Of a stretch of DNA of 49,446 nucleotides, positions 16,697 through 24,681 are shown in pieces; the stretch's first letter is position 1; each line of letters starts with the position of its first letter. This stretch comes from a virus. Lineage: Duplodnaviria; Heunggongvirae; Uroviricota; Caudoviricetes. Under the pieces are notes generated by a model. It was not told the origin of the DNA and did not search any database. It was given only the letters and a program-made list of their open reading frames with translations. The stretch is taken from the IMG/VR virus record IMGVR_UViG_2563366799_000006; one strand, written 5' to 3'. A program made the position numbers and the translations under genes.

Positions 16697-17296
16697 ATGG
16701 CGCACGAACTACAACTCATTAAGCAATCATCAGGAATCCTGATCCCCGCTACGCCGGAGACCAGCGATATTCTGCAATCAAAAATCAAACTCGGCTCCGT
16801 ACTGGTGGCTGAGTTCCGGCAGGTACGCAACCCGGCCTTTCACCGTCGTTTCTTCGCGTTACTCAATCTCGGTTTCGAATACTGGGAACCCACCGGCGGG
16901 GCGATCTCCTCCAACGAGCGCAAACTGGTAACCGGCTACGCCAAATTCCTTGCCTCATTCGCGGGAAGTGAAGCTGCACTCCTGGATGCAGCTGAGCAAT
17001 ATCTGGAGCGTATCGCTGATAAGCGCGCCGGTAGCATTAGCATCTGCAAATCCTATGATGCTTATCGTGCATGGGTGATCATCGAGTCTGGTCACTACGA
17101 CGCCATTCAGCTTCCCGACGGCACCCTTCGCAAACACCCCCGCAGCATTGCCTTCGCCAACATGGACGAAACCGAGTTCCAGCAGCTGTACAAAGCCGCG
17201 CTCGATGTTCTGTGGCGCTGGGTATTGTCCCGGGCATTCAAAGACCAGCGTGAAGCGGAAAACGCCGCCTCGCAGCTCATGAGCTTTGCGGGGTGA
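16697..17296 (+). CDS. DUF1367-like nin-region protein
   Basis: 199 aa; GGAG RBS; motif EFRQVRNPAFHRRFFALLNLGF recalled from DUF1367 prophage proteins. Confidence 0.5.
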   Translation: MAHELQLIKQSSGILIPATPETSDILQSKIKLGSVLVAEFRQVRNPAFHRRFFALLNLGFEYWEPTGGAISSNERKLVTGYAKFLASFAGSEAALLDAAEQYLERIADKRAGSISICKSYDAYRAWVIIESGHYDAIQLPDGTLRKHPRSIAFANMDETEFQQLYKAALDVLWRWVLSRAFKDQREAENAASQLMSFAG

Positions 17297-17502
17297 TGGC
17301 GATGAAGCATACCTGGTTCCATCATACCGATTGCACAACCCAGCAGGCCGAAGAGCTCATGGAGGAATACCAGCGCCGCGGCGTAATGGTAGAGCGCAGC
17401 CTGAACTCCGATTATCTCACCTGGACCGTCAGCGCCCGGCTTCCTGAAGGCAATAAACCACCGCGTATAAATCGCCAGTGGCAAAACCGGATATGGGGGT
17501 GA
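17293..17502 (+). CDS. Hypothetical small protein
   Basis: 69 aa; GTG at 17293 or ATG at 17296 overlapping the upstream stop. Confidence 0.45.
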   Translation: MMAMKHTWFHHTDCTTQQAEELMEEYQRRGVMVERSLNSDYLTWTVSARLPEGNKPPRINRQWQNRIWG

Positions 17503-17786
17503 GCGTGGCTATTTATCGCAGCAAGAAATGGCTCGCCGCCGTCGGGCAGATCGAACGTTGTGTTCTTTGTGGCGCATGGGGAACGCAGGTGGCACACCGG
17601 AACGAAGGGAAAGGCATGGGATTAAAAACTGATGACTGTGCGACAGCTGCGCTCTGCGTTTGCTGTCATGACAGCATTGATAACGGGAATAAGCTGAACA
17701 GGGAAGAGCGCCGGCAGCTTATGGATCGCGCGATTGTTCTGACAGTGATTGAAGTTGCCCGCCGCGGGCTGGTGGTGCCCGCATGA
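17478..17786 (+). CDS. DUF1364/YbcO-like zinc-binding putative nuclease
   Basis: GTG at 17478 or ATG at 17493; motifs CVLCGAWG...AHR...CVCCHD; sits just upstream of rusA as YbcO does in DLP12. Confidence 0.5.
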   Translation: MAKPDMGVSVAIYRSKKWLAAVGQIERCVLCGAWGTQVAHRNEGKGMGLKTDDCATAALCVCCHDSIDNGNKLNREERRQLMDRAIVLTVIEVARRGLVVPA

Positions 17787-18139
17787 AAATTTACGAAATT
17801 ACGCCGATTGGCAAGCCCAGGATGACTCAGCGTGACCGATGGCATAAACGGCCAGCAACGGCAGCGTACTGGGCTTACAAAGAACAGGTCAGGTTGCTCG
17901 GCATCCGTCTGCCTGAGTCCGGATATCACGTCACGTTCGTTATCCCCATGCCAAAGAGCTGGAGTAAGGCAAAGCGGGCGCAATATGTCGGCAAGCCACA
18001 TCGACAAAAGCCGGACAAAGACAACCTGGAAAAAGCTTTGCTGGATGCAGTGTTTGACGAGGATAGCCATGTCTGGGACGGACGGGTTACCAAAATCTGG
18101 GGAGAAACCGGGCAAATCATTATTGAGGAGGCCAAATGA
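17783..18139 (+). CDS. rusA: RusA-family Holliday junction resolvase
   Basis: 118 aa; acidic motif PDKDNLEKALLDAVFD typical of RusA; position before Q. Confidence 0.8.
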   Translation: MKIYEITPIGKPRMTQRDRWHKRPATAAYWAYKEQVRLLGIRLPESGYHVTFVIPMPKSWSKAKRAQYVGKPHRQKPDKDNLEKALLDAVFDEDSHVWDGRVTKIWGETGQIIIEEAK

Positions 18140-18273
18140 AGCCAGAAACGCTTGAGATACTCCGCGCGCGCTGGCAGCGCCTTCGCATTTATCGCTACCG
18201 GGGATCGGTGCTGGTGGATTATCGCATTCTTCGTAATTTTGTTCGTATCTATCATTCAGCAGGAGCAGCCTAA
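18136..18273 (+). CDS. YlcG-like small Arg-rich protein (45 aa), below ORF-track cutoff
   Basis: ATG at 18136 overlaps the rusA stop (ATGA) and its stop overlaps the Q start (TAATG); hand translation MKPETLEILRARWQRLRIYRYRGSVLVDYRILRNFVRIYHSAGAA; same position as ylcG in DLP12. Confidence 0.45.
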   Translation: MKPETLEILRARWQRLRIYRYRGSVLVDYRILRNFVRIYHSAGAA

Positions 18274-19088
18274 TGAACCTCGAAAACACCGTGAAATATC
18301 ACTTCGCCAAGTCGACGCTTATTAGCGACTCTCCGCGCGCCACTGGTTCAGATTCGCTGACCGGGACGGATGTCATGGCGGCCATGGGCATGACCCAGGA
18401 ACGTGCCGCCATGGGATACAGTGCCTTCCTCGGCAAGATGGGCATCAGTTACAACGATCGGGAGAGGGCGATTGAGTTGCTGTCTGAGTACGCGTTAACC
18501 AAATGCGATAAGGTTGCCGCGCTGCGCAAGCTGGACGATGCGGTTAAGCCACTGGTGATGCACCAGTTGGCCACCTTCGCTTTTGAAGATTACTCCCGCA
18601 GCGCTGCGAGCGTTAAGCAGTGTGATTGTTGCAGCGGGCAGGGATTTATTGAGGCCGACGTGTTCACAATGAAATCTCATTATTCAATGAGGATTCCTCA
18701 ATGGGCGAAAGAGCTTGGTCAGTCACCGAGTGATTTCGAGGTTAAACGACAGGTTCGAGAGGTGGTTCGAGTGCTGTGCTCGAACTGCAAGGGGAAGAAG
18801 GTTGTCAGTTGTGCCTGCAATGATTGCCGGGGACGTGGGAAAGCCGTAGACCAGAAGGAAACGAAGAAACAGGGTGTGCCGGTTATGACTGACTGCAAGC
18901 GCTGCGGCGGGCGTGGATATGAACGCATTCCTTCAACTGAGGCCCACGCAGCTGTTTGCCAGATTACGGATGTAATCAGCCTGGATACGTGGAAGAAGTC
19001 CGTTAAACCGTTCTATGATCAGCTGATTACGAAATTCGATATTGAAGAGGCATGGGCAGAAAACCAACTGAAACAAATAACACGATAA
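18273..19088 (+). CDS. Q: Late-gene antitermination protein Q
   Basis: 271 aa; N-terminus SDSPRATGSDSLTGTDVMAAMGM and Cys-pair zinc fingers (CSNCKGKK...CNDCRGRG...CKRCGGRG); located before the lysis genes. Confidence 0.8.
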   Translation: MNLENTVKYHFAKSTLISDSPRATGSDSLTGTDVMAAMGMTQERAAMGYSAFLGKMGISYNDRERAIELLSEYALTKCDKVAALRKLDDAVKPLVMHQLATFAFEDYSRSAASVKQCDCCSGQGFIEADVFTMKSHYSMRIPQWAKELGQSPSDFEVKRQVREVVRVLCSNCKGKKVVSCACNDCRGRGKAVDQKETKKQGVPVMTDCKRCGGRGYERIPSTEAHAAVCQITDVISLDTWKKSVKPFYDQLITKFDIEEAWAENQLKQITR

Positions 19089-19173
19089 CGGCTATGGAAG
19101 TTAATTCCAGCTATTTACTTTTCCCGAATCTGTGTTAATTTTATCCCAACGATGGGTTAATGCCTTCGTTTCA

Positions 19174-19206
19174 AGCCCCGCGGATAACACCGTGGGGCTT
19201 TTGCGT
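19174..19206 (+). terminator. Intrinsic terminator downstream of Q (tR'-like)
   Basis: AGCCCCGCGG-ataacac-CGTGGGGCT followed by TTTTGCGTTT. Confidence 0.55.
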
Positions 19207-19454
19207 TTCTGGAGGGTAAGAAAATGCACGGGTAGAACGGACAGACCGCAGTCGAAAGGCACTGCAGCAGTCATGATGCTGCCCCGAGTCGCGTAATGGC
19301 GAGCCTGTGTAGTGATGGGTAAGGGTTCATAGATCAAAATAAGCTCCGGTAAAGCAGCGTGAATGCCAGATACGCACCGGTTATCAGCGGCGATGACGCG
19401 ACAGCACCTCAAGGGCATGAGCGTGGCCACTCCGGGAAGTGGCAAAGAATTTAT

Positions 19455-19485
19455 AGCCTCGCTTATGCGGGGCTTTTCTATTTCA
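19455..19485 (+). terminator. Intrinsic terminator (AGCCTCGC-N4-GCGGGGCT family)
   Basis: AGCCTCGC-ttat-GCGGGGCT followed by TTTTCTATTT. Confidence 0.5.
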
Positions 19486-19592
19486 GGCCTCACGGGAATC
19501 ATCCGCTACGTGCTTTGTTGATAAATCCAGCCCGTGAAGCCTGACCCTTTTCATACACACACAGCGCCATCCGAAGAATCGGAGGTGAGGCT

Positions 19593-19871
19593 ATGACCAG
19601 AATGAGCACCATTTACAGCAGACTTTCATATGGAACAGGCACCACGCTGACCGGCTGCGGTGTATCAGCGAAGGCATATGCCGAAACAGCAAAAACAGCA
19701 AAAGAGGTGTCCTGGATGTTGGCCGACAGAATTGCAGGGTTAAGCCTGAGCGACTGGGCAATTATTGTCGGTATCGCATGCACGGTAATCACCTGTGCAG
19801 TGAACTGGTATTTCCGCTGGAAAGAACGGGAGGATCGGCGCAATGGCTATGTCTCTAAAGCTGAAGAATAA
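19593..19871 (+). CDS. Holin (two-TM, pinholin-like; MTRM dual-start motif)
   Basis: 92 aa; GGAGG RBS; hydrophobic segments; charged C-terminus [10 protein letters not shown]; immediately upstream of a SAR endolysin. Confidence 0.65.
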   Translation: MTRMSTIYSRLSYGTGTTLTGCGVSAKAYAETAKTAKEVSWMLADRIAGLSLSDWAIIVGIACTVITCAVNWYFRWKEREDRRNGYVSKAEE

Positions 19872-20391
19872 ATTGAGCGCAGCGGTCGTTGGTTTGATTC
19901 TTGCCGGGGCTTCCGCACCCGTGATTCTCGATCAGTTTCTGGATGAGAAAGAGGGTAACAGCTTGACAGCATATCGCGACGGCGGCGGACTCTGGACCAT
20001 TTGCCGTGGTGCAACAATGGTTGATGGCAAGCCAGTAGTACAGGGCATGAAGCTGTCAGCTGAGAAATGCGCCCAGGTAAACGCCATTGAACGCGACAAG
20101 GCGCTGGCGTGGGTTGACCGAAATATCAAAGTACCACTGACCGAACCACAGAAGGTGGGTATTGCATCCTTCTGCCCGTATAACATCGGCCCCGGTAAAT
20201 GCTTCCCATCGACCTTCTATAAGCGCATCAACGCAGGTGACCGCATCGGTGCATGCGAGGCAATCCGCTGGTGGATTAAAGACGGTGGCCGTGATTGCCG
20301 TCTAACCAAAGGCCAGAAGAATGGCTGCTATGGTCAGGTTGAGCGACGGGACCAGGAAAGCGCGCTGGCGTGCTGGGGGTTAGACCAATGA
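19843..20391 (+). CDS. SAR endolysin (GH24 lysozyme with N-terminal signal-anchor-release domain)
   Basis: 182 aa; N-terminal hydrophobic [19 protein letters not shown]; catalytic E-x8-D-x5-T ([16 protein letters not shown]). Confidence 0.85.
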   Translation: MAMSLKLKNKLSAAVVGLILAGASAPVILDQFLDEKEGNSLTAYRDGGGLWTICRGATMVDGKPVVQGMKLSAEKCAQVNAIERDKALAWVDRNIKVPLTEPQKVGIASFCPYNIGPGKCFPSTFYKRINAGDRIGACEAIRWWIKDGGRDCRLTKGQKNGCYGQVERRDQESALACWGLDQ

Positions 20392-20936
20392 TCAGCGAGT
20401 CTGTTAAGACCTGGTGGAAAGCCGCCACGGTTTCAGCGCTTCTCATTGCCTCATTCGCCGCAGGTAGTGTGTGGACGGAACGAGCATGGGAAAAGAAATG
20501 GGCAGATCGTAATAGTGAGGAGTCCTCTCAGGCAGAGAACGCTCAAACGGTTGCCCGTATGATTGAACAAGGGCGTGTAATTGCTCGCGATGAGGCTGTT
20601 AAAAATGCACAAGAACAGGCTGCAAAAGCAGCTGCGAATGCTGCTGGTCTGTCTGCCACTGTTAGCCAGCTGCGCACCGAAGCAACAAAACTTGCCATCC
20701 ACCTGGATGCCGCAAAGCACACCGCAGATCTTGCCGCTACCGTCCGAAGCAAAACAACCGACACCAACGCAGGATTGCTTGCCGACATGCTCGGAGATAT
20801 TGCAGCAGAAGCTAAACGATATGCTGGAATCGCTGACGAACGCTACCGGGCAGGAATGACGTGTGAGCGCGTTTACGACTCGGTGAGAGAGTCAAATAAC
20901 GGGATCTGGCAAAAAGCGGGGACGAATCCCCGCTAG
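20388..20936 (+). CDS. Rz: i-spanin (Rz-like)
   Basis: ATG at 20388 (ORF track 20370); N-terminal TM ([20 protein letters not shown]) then coiled-coil region; contains an embedded +1 lipoprotein ORF. Confidence 0.7.
   Translation: MISESVKTWWKAATVSALLIASFAAGSVWTERAWEKKWADRNSEESSQAENAQTVARMIEQGRVIARDEAVKNAQEQAAKAAANAAGLSATVSQLRTEATKLAIHLDAAKHTADLAATVRSKTTDTNAGLLADMLGDIAAEAKRYAGIADERYRAGMTCERVYDSVRESNNGIWQKAGTNPR
20638..20859 (+). CDS. Rz1: o-spanin (Rz1-like lipoprotein) embedded in the +1 frame of Rz
   Basis: ATG at 20638; signal peptide with lipobox LASC; Pro-rich mature region; lies entirely within Rz. Confidence 0.65.
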   Translation: MLLVCLPLLASCAPKQQNLPSTWMPQSTPQILPLPSEAKQPTPTQDCLPTCSEILQQKLNDMLESLTNATGQE

Positions 20937-20939
20937 CTG

Positions 20940-21155
20940 TTAGCCAACTTTGCGATAAGGGTAGCCAGCTTTTTTGATGTGGGCATCAAAATACTGGCCT
21001 TTTGACGACGCATTCATTAGTGCCGTGTACACGGTAGATGGAACCCGAGAGTATTGATAAATGCCACTGCTATGGAATGCAATTTCCAGCGTCGAAGTGG
21101 CCTGGTCATAACCTACTGATTGGAGATTTGAAGATGAAACAGGTTGACGAATCAA
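20940..21155 (-). CDS. KTSC-domain protein
   Basis: 71 aa; sequence MIRQPVSSSNLQSVGYDQATSTLEIAFHSSGIYQYSRVPSTVYTALMNASSKGQYF matches the recalled KTSC-domain pattern; opposite strand to the late operon. Confidence 0.55.
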   Translation of the reverse strand: MIRQPVSSSNLQSVGYDQATSTLEIAFHSSGIYQYSRVPSTVYTALMNASSKGQYFDAHIKKAGYPYRKVG

Positions 21156-21298
21156 AGCAGTTTCCTCGTTTGAATGGGAAGAGTCCCGAGGAAATCGTAG
21201 AGCTATTCAAAAGTTATAACTTTGTCGATGATCATGGTCATCGACTGGATATGTGCCAGGACTTCAAAGATTTGGTTGAGCTTGCAAGCGATGCCTGA
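21134..21298 (+). CDS. Hypothetical small protein
   Basis: ATG at 21134 with GGAG RBS (ORF track extends to 21038); terminator downstream. Confidence 0.4.
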   Translation: MKQVDESKQFPRLNGKSPEEIVELFKSYNFVDDHGHRLDMCQDFKDLVELASDA

Positions 21299-21325
21299 TG
21301 GCGTTACCGAAGCAGAAAGAAAGCT

Positions 21326-21351
21326 AGCCTCGCATTAGCGGGGCTTTTTTA
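21326..21351 (+). terminator. Intrinsic terminator (AGCCTCGC-N4-GCGGGGCT family)
   Basis: AGCCTCGC-atta-GCGGGGCT followed by TTTTTT. Confidence 0.6.
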
Positions 21352-21377
21352 CGACCAGAAGAAGCAGGAGAAGAAGT

Positions 21378-21578
21378 ATGTTAACAGTAAAAGTAATGTC
21401 GCCTGGTGGCGGCGAAGAGATTCATTGCGGTCTGAGTGTTGGCTTTAACCCTGACCAGCAGAGTATTGCTGTCTCGGGCATGGACCAGAACGTGTTTCTG
21501 AAACCCGGCGAGGTTGCTTATGTGATGAATGCTAACGGTAAGACCATTTCCCGTTACGAATGCCCCGCGCAGTTATGA
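21378..21578 (+). CDS. Hypothetical small protein
   Basis: 66 aa; GGAG RBS. Confidence 0.5.
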   Translation: MLTVKVMSPGGGEEIHCGLSVGFNPDQQSIAVSGMDQNVFLKPGEVAYVMNANGKTISRYECPAQL

Positions 21579-21638
21579 GCATTACAGAAGCCATTCCGAA
21601 GAGTGGCTTCGATAATGTGGCGTTAATATTACTGATTC

Positions 21639-21812
21639 TCAGTAGTCCGACTTAGCGAGAGAGGTTCCGCTGAAAAAACCTGATTTCCGTTCATCTTTTA
21701 CGAACCATTCGCAATAGTACTGATCACGTTCATCATCAAAGTAGCTTACGGTCATCAGGGGGCCACCGGACTTCAATTGGACAACGGTTCCATCTTCCAA
21801 TTTTTCAGACAT
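21639..21812 (-). CDS. DUF2158/YodC-like small protein (57 aa), below ORF-track cutoff
   Basis: ATG at 21810-21812 (minus) with GGAGG RBS; hand translation MSEKLEDGTVVQLKSGGPLMTVSYFDDERDQYYCEWFVKDERKSGFFSGTSLAKSDY; V.LKSGGP.MTV motif recalled from DUF2158. Confidence 0.45.
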   Translation of the reverse strand: MSEKLEDGTVVQLKSGGPLMTVSYFDDERDQYYCEWFVKDERKSGFFSGTSLAKSDY

Positions 21813-21938
21813 TTAATCCTCCATATCAAAAAAGAAATTGATCGTTTTAACTTGTAGATAGGGATGCCATGACGCTAGCGCCCTATTGATTTGCCTAACC
21901 AATATGTACTGACAACCTTATAAAGGCTAGAGATATTT

Positions 21939-22589
21939 ATGGCAAAAACGGCTTCGAGTGATCTTCCGCAACGCCCACTTCCACCAGTTAATTTCATTGG
22001 CCCCGATAACTGGCAGCCCTACACCAGATTAATCCCCGCCAATGAAGCGCATGAGTGGATAAGCCGACAAATCCTCAGCGATAGCGGAAGCATACATAAT
22101 CCTGACCACGCCCATTTAATTGAAGCTGATTTGTGTTTTATGTGGGCTTCAGAATCGTTCGCGAAGAAAGGTCGCTATGTTCTCGGTCAGGCCGAGCAGG
22201 TAATGCTCCGCGCAGGTGGTTGGCAGAAAGCCAGAATGGAACAGCAGATGTATGAATGGTTTGGGCGCATCCCGAAGTTCATCATCACGTTGGCCTCCGA
22301 TTATTGTTCACAATGCAGCGACCTCGAGTTCTGCGCACTGGTAGAGCATGAGCTTTACCACATTGCCCAGGCCACCGATGAGTTTGGCGCTCCGAAGTTC
22401 AACAAAGAGACCGGGCAACCGGTACTGACATTGCGCGGCCACGACGTCGAAGAATTTGTCGGTGTTGTGCGTAGATACGGGGCGAGCACTGAAGTGCAAG
22501 AACTGGTGGACGCAGCCAATCAACCTGCAGAGGTGGCAAAACTTAACATCGCCAGAGCGTGCGGGACGTGCATGCTGAGACTGGCGTGA
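21939..22589 (+). CDS. Putative phage metallopeptidase-like protein (HExxH)
   Basis: 216 aa; motif VEHELYHIAQ; position just upstream of the terminase small subunit. Confidence 0.5.
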   Translation: MAKTASSDLPQRPLPPVNFIGPDNWQPYTRLIPANEAHEWISRQILSDSGSIHNPDHAHLIEADLCFMWASESFAKKGRYVLGQAEQVMLRAGGWQKARMEQQMYEWFGRIPKFIITLASDYCSQCSDLEFCALVEHELYHIAQATDEFGAPKFNKETGQPVLTLRGHDVEEFVGVVRRYGASTEVQELVDAANQPAEVAKLNIARACGTCMLRLA

Positions 22590-22620
22590 ATTTTTGACTG
22601 ATTATGACAGGCGGTAAGCG

Positions 22621-23109
22621 ATGGCTGCATTAAAGGGAGAGGTGAAAGCGTTTATCGTTCAATCGCTTGCATGCTTCGACACGCCGTCGCAAGTGGTCGA
22701 TGCCGTCAAAAAAGAATTTGGCATCACGATCCCCCGTCAGCAGGTTGAATCTCACGACCCGACGAAAGCAAACGGCAAAGGTCTGGCGAAAAAATGGGTC
22801 GAGATGTTCAACGAAACCCGCGAGCGCTTCCAGACGGAAATTGCAGAAATCCCGATCGCTAATAAGGCTTATCGGCTTCGCGTACTGCAACGAATGTCTG
22901 TGACCGCAGAGAACATGAAAAACCTCGGCATGACAGCTCAGCTTCTCGAACAGGCAGCAAAAGAAGTTGGGGATGTCTACACCAACAAACAGAAGGTTGA
23001 GCAAAGCGTTGTTGCCACCCATAACGTTATGCCGGTCCCGTCCTGCGATAACGTCGACGACTGGGAAGCAGCAGCACAGAAACAGCAGAGCGAGGTTCTT
23101 GGTGGATGA
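22621..23109 (+). CDS. Terminase small subunit (putative)
   Basis: 162 aa; stop overlaps the TerL start; N-terminus recalls DUF2280-type small terminase. Confidence 0.55.
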   Translation: MAALKGEVKAFIVQSLACFDTPSQVVDAVKKEFGITIPRQQVESHDPTKANGKGLAKKWVEMFNETRERFQTEIAEIPIANKAYRLRVLQRMSVTAENMKNLGMTAQLLEQAAKEVGDVYTNKQKVEQSVVATHNVMPVPSCDNVDDWEAAAQKQQSEVLGG

Positions 23110-24677
23110 ATTACAAAGCCGTCTGGAAACCTTTGCCGGGATCGCAATCGCTCTCCCTGAGTTGCCCGTGTAACGAAATCCTCTACGAAGGTACGCGAGG
23201 CCCCGGTAAAACCGCCGCGCAACTGGCGCGCTTTCGTCGCCTGGTTGGTCTGGGCTATGGCTCGTTCTGGCGTGGCGTCATTTTCGATACCGAGTATAAA
23301 AACCTCACCGACATCATTACCCAGTCAAAGCGTATGTATCGCCTGTTTAATGACGGTGCACGCTATCTGGCGTCAGCATCTGAATTGCGCTGGGTATGGC
23401 CGACTGGCGAAGAGTTGCTGTTCCGCTTTGGGAAGGAAGAGGGGGATTACTGGGATTACCACGGTCAGGAGTTCCCGTTCATCGGCTTTAACGAGCTGAC
23501 AAAGCAGCAGTCTGCTGAGTTCTACGAAATGATGTTCTCCTGCCGGCGCTCATCGTTCCGGCCGGAGAACTACCCGCTGGCTAACGGCGGTCTGTTGAAG
23601 CCAATCCCGCTCGAAACATTCAGCACGACCAACCCATTCGGCATCGGCCACACCTGGGTGAAGAAACGCTTCATCGAGCCAGCGCCCCGCGGCACCATCA
23701 TTCGTGAAACGCAGCAGGTGTTTAACCCGCAAACTGAGCGCGAAGAGGATGTGACGCTGACGCGCGTGGCTATTCACGGCTCGTTCAAAGAGAACCCGTA
23801 TCTGGATCCCCAGTACATCGCAACGCTGATGGCCATCAAAGACCCGAACCGCCGCAAAGCTTGGGTAGAGGGCTCCTGGGATGTCACCAGCGGTGGGCGC
23901 TTTGACCACCTGTGGAATGCATCGCTGCACGTCATTAAGCCGTTCCGCATCCCGGATAGCTGGACGGTTGACCGTTCCCATGACTGGGGTGAGTCGAAGC
24001 CGTTCTCTAACCTCTGGTGGGCGCGAGCCGACGGTACTGCCGCAGAACTGCCTGATGGTCGCCAGTTCTGCCCGCCTGCCGGGTCGCTGATCCTGATTGG
24101 CGAGTGGTATGGCTGTCCACCTGACGAGCTGAACAAAGGGCTCAATATGAGCTCGACAAACGTCGCCAAGGGTGTGGCCTGGATTGATAAGCGGCTGATG
24201 GGCGAAGAGCTGCCTGAACCTGAAGAGATAAAACTCAATGGGATAACTCAGGGGCAACTGAACATCATGCCCGGTATCTGCAAAAAGGTTGTGCCCGGAC
24301 CTGCTGACGGGGCTATCTACAACACCGGTGATGACGAATTATCTATTGCCCAGAAAATGGAATCCCAGGGCGTTAAATGGGTGCCATCCAACAAGAAGCC
24401 GGGTTCACGCGTGAACGGCGCGGCACTGTTTGCTGACATGCTGGAGGCCGTCATTGAGGGCAAGAAGCTGGAATCAGGTATGCCAGAGAAACCAGCATTC
24501 TACGTGTTTGACTACTGCCGGGGCTGGATTAGCCGTGTTCCGGTTCTCGTTCGCGACAGTAAGAACCCTGACGATGTAGACACACAGCAGGAAGATCACG
24601 ATTGGGATGGCACGCGCTATGCCGTCCTACATTCACCGCCGAAGAAAGTCGGCAAAGTCACCAGCCTGAGGCTCTAA
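23106..24677 (+). CDS. Terminase large subunit
   Basis: 523 aa; Walker A GTRGPGKT; C-terminal nuclease-type acidic motifs (DHDWDGTRYA). Confidence 0.9.
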   Translation: MNYKAVWKPLPGSQSLSLSCPCNEILYEGTRGPGKTAAQLARFRRLVGLGYGSFWRGVIFDTEYKNLTDIITQSKRMYRLFNDGARYLASASELRWVWPTGEELLFRFGKEEGDYWDYHGQEFPFIGFNELTKQQSAEFYEMMFSCRRSSFRPENYPLANGGLLKPIPLETFSTTNPFGIGHTWVKKRFIEPAPRGTIIRETQQVFNPQTEREEDVTLTRVAIHGSFKENPYLDPQYIATLMAIKDPNRRKAWVEGSWDVTSGGRFDHLWNASLHVIKPFRIPDSWTVDRSHDWGESKPFSNLWWARADGTAAELPDGRQFCPPAGSLILIGEWYGCPPDELNKGLNMSSTNVAKGVAWIDKRLMGEELPEPEEIKLNGITQGQLNIMPGICKKVVPGPADGAIYNTGDDELSIAQKMESQGVKWVPSNKKPGSRVNGAALFADMLEAVIEGKKLESGMPEKPAFYVFDYCRGWISRVPVLVRDSKNPDDVDTQQEDHDWDGTRYAVLHSPPKKVGKVTSLRL

Positions 24678-24681
24678 ACCC

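Noticed and set aside
19101-19544. ORFs 19101..19502 (-) and 19359..19544 (+) in the Q-to-holin intergenic region; also searched here for tRNA or toxin cargo
   Set aside because: No RBS; they run through two terminator hairpins; no tRNA-like cloverleaf or T-psi-C motif seen. Region interpreted as the late promoter and terminator leader.
23550-24257. 235-aa and 154-aa minus-strand ORFs
   Set aside because: Antisense within the terminase large subunit gene.
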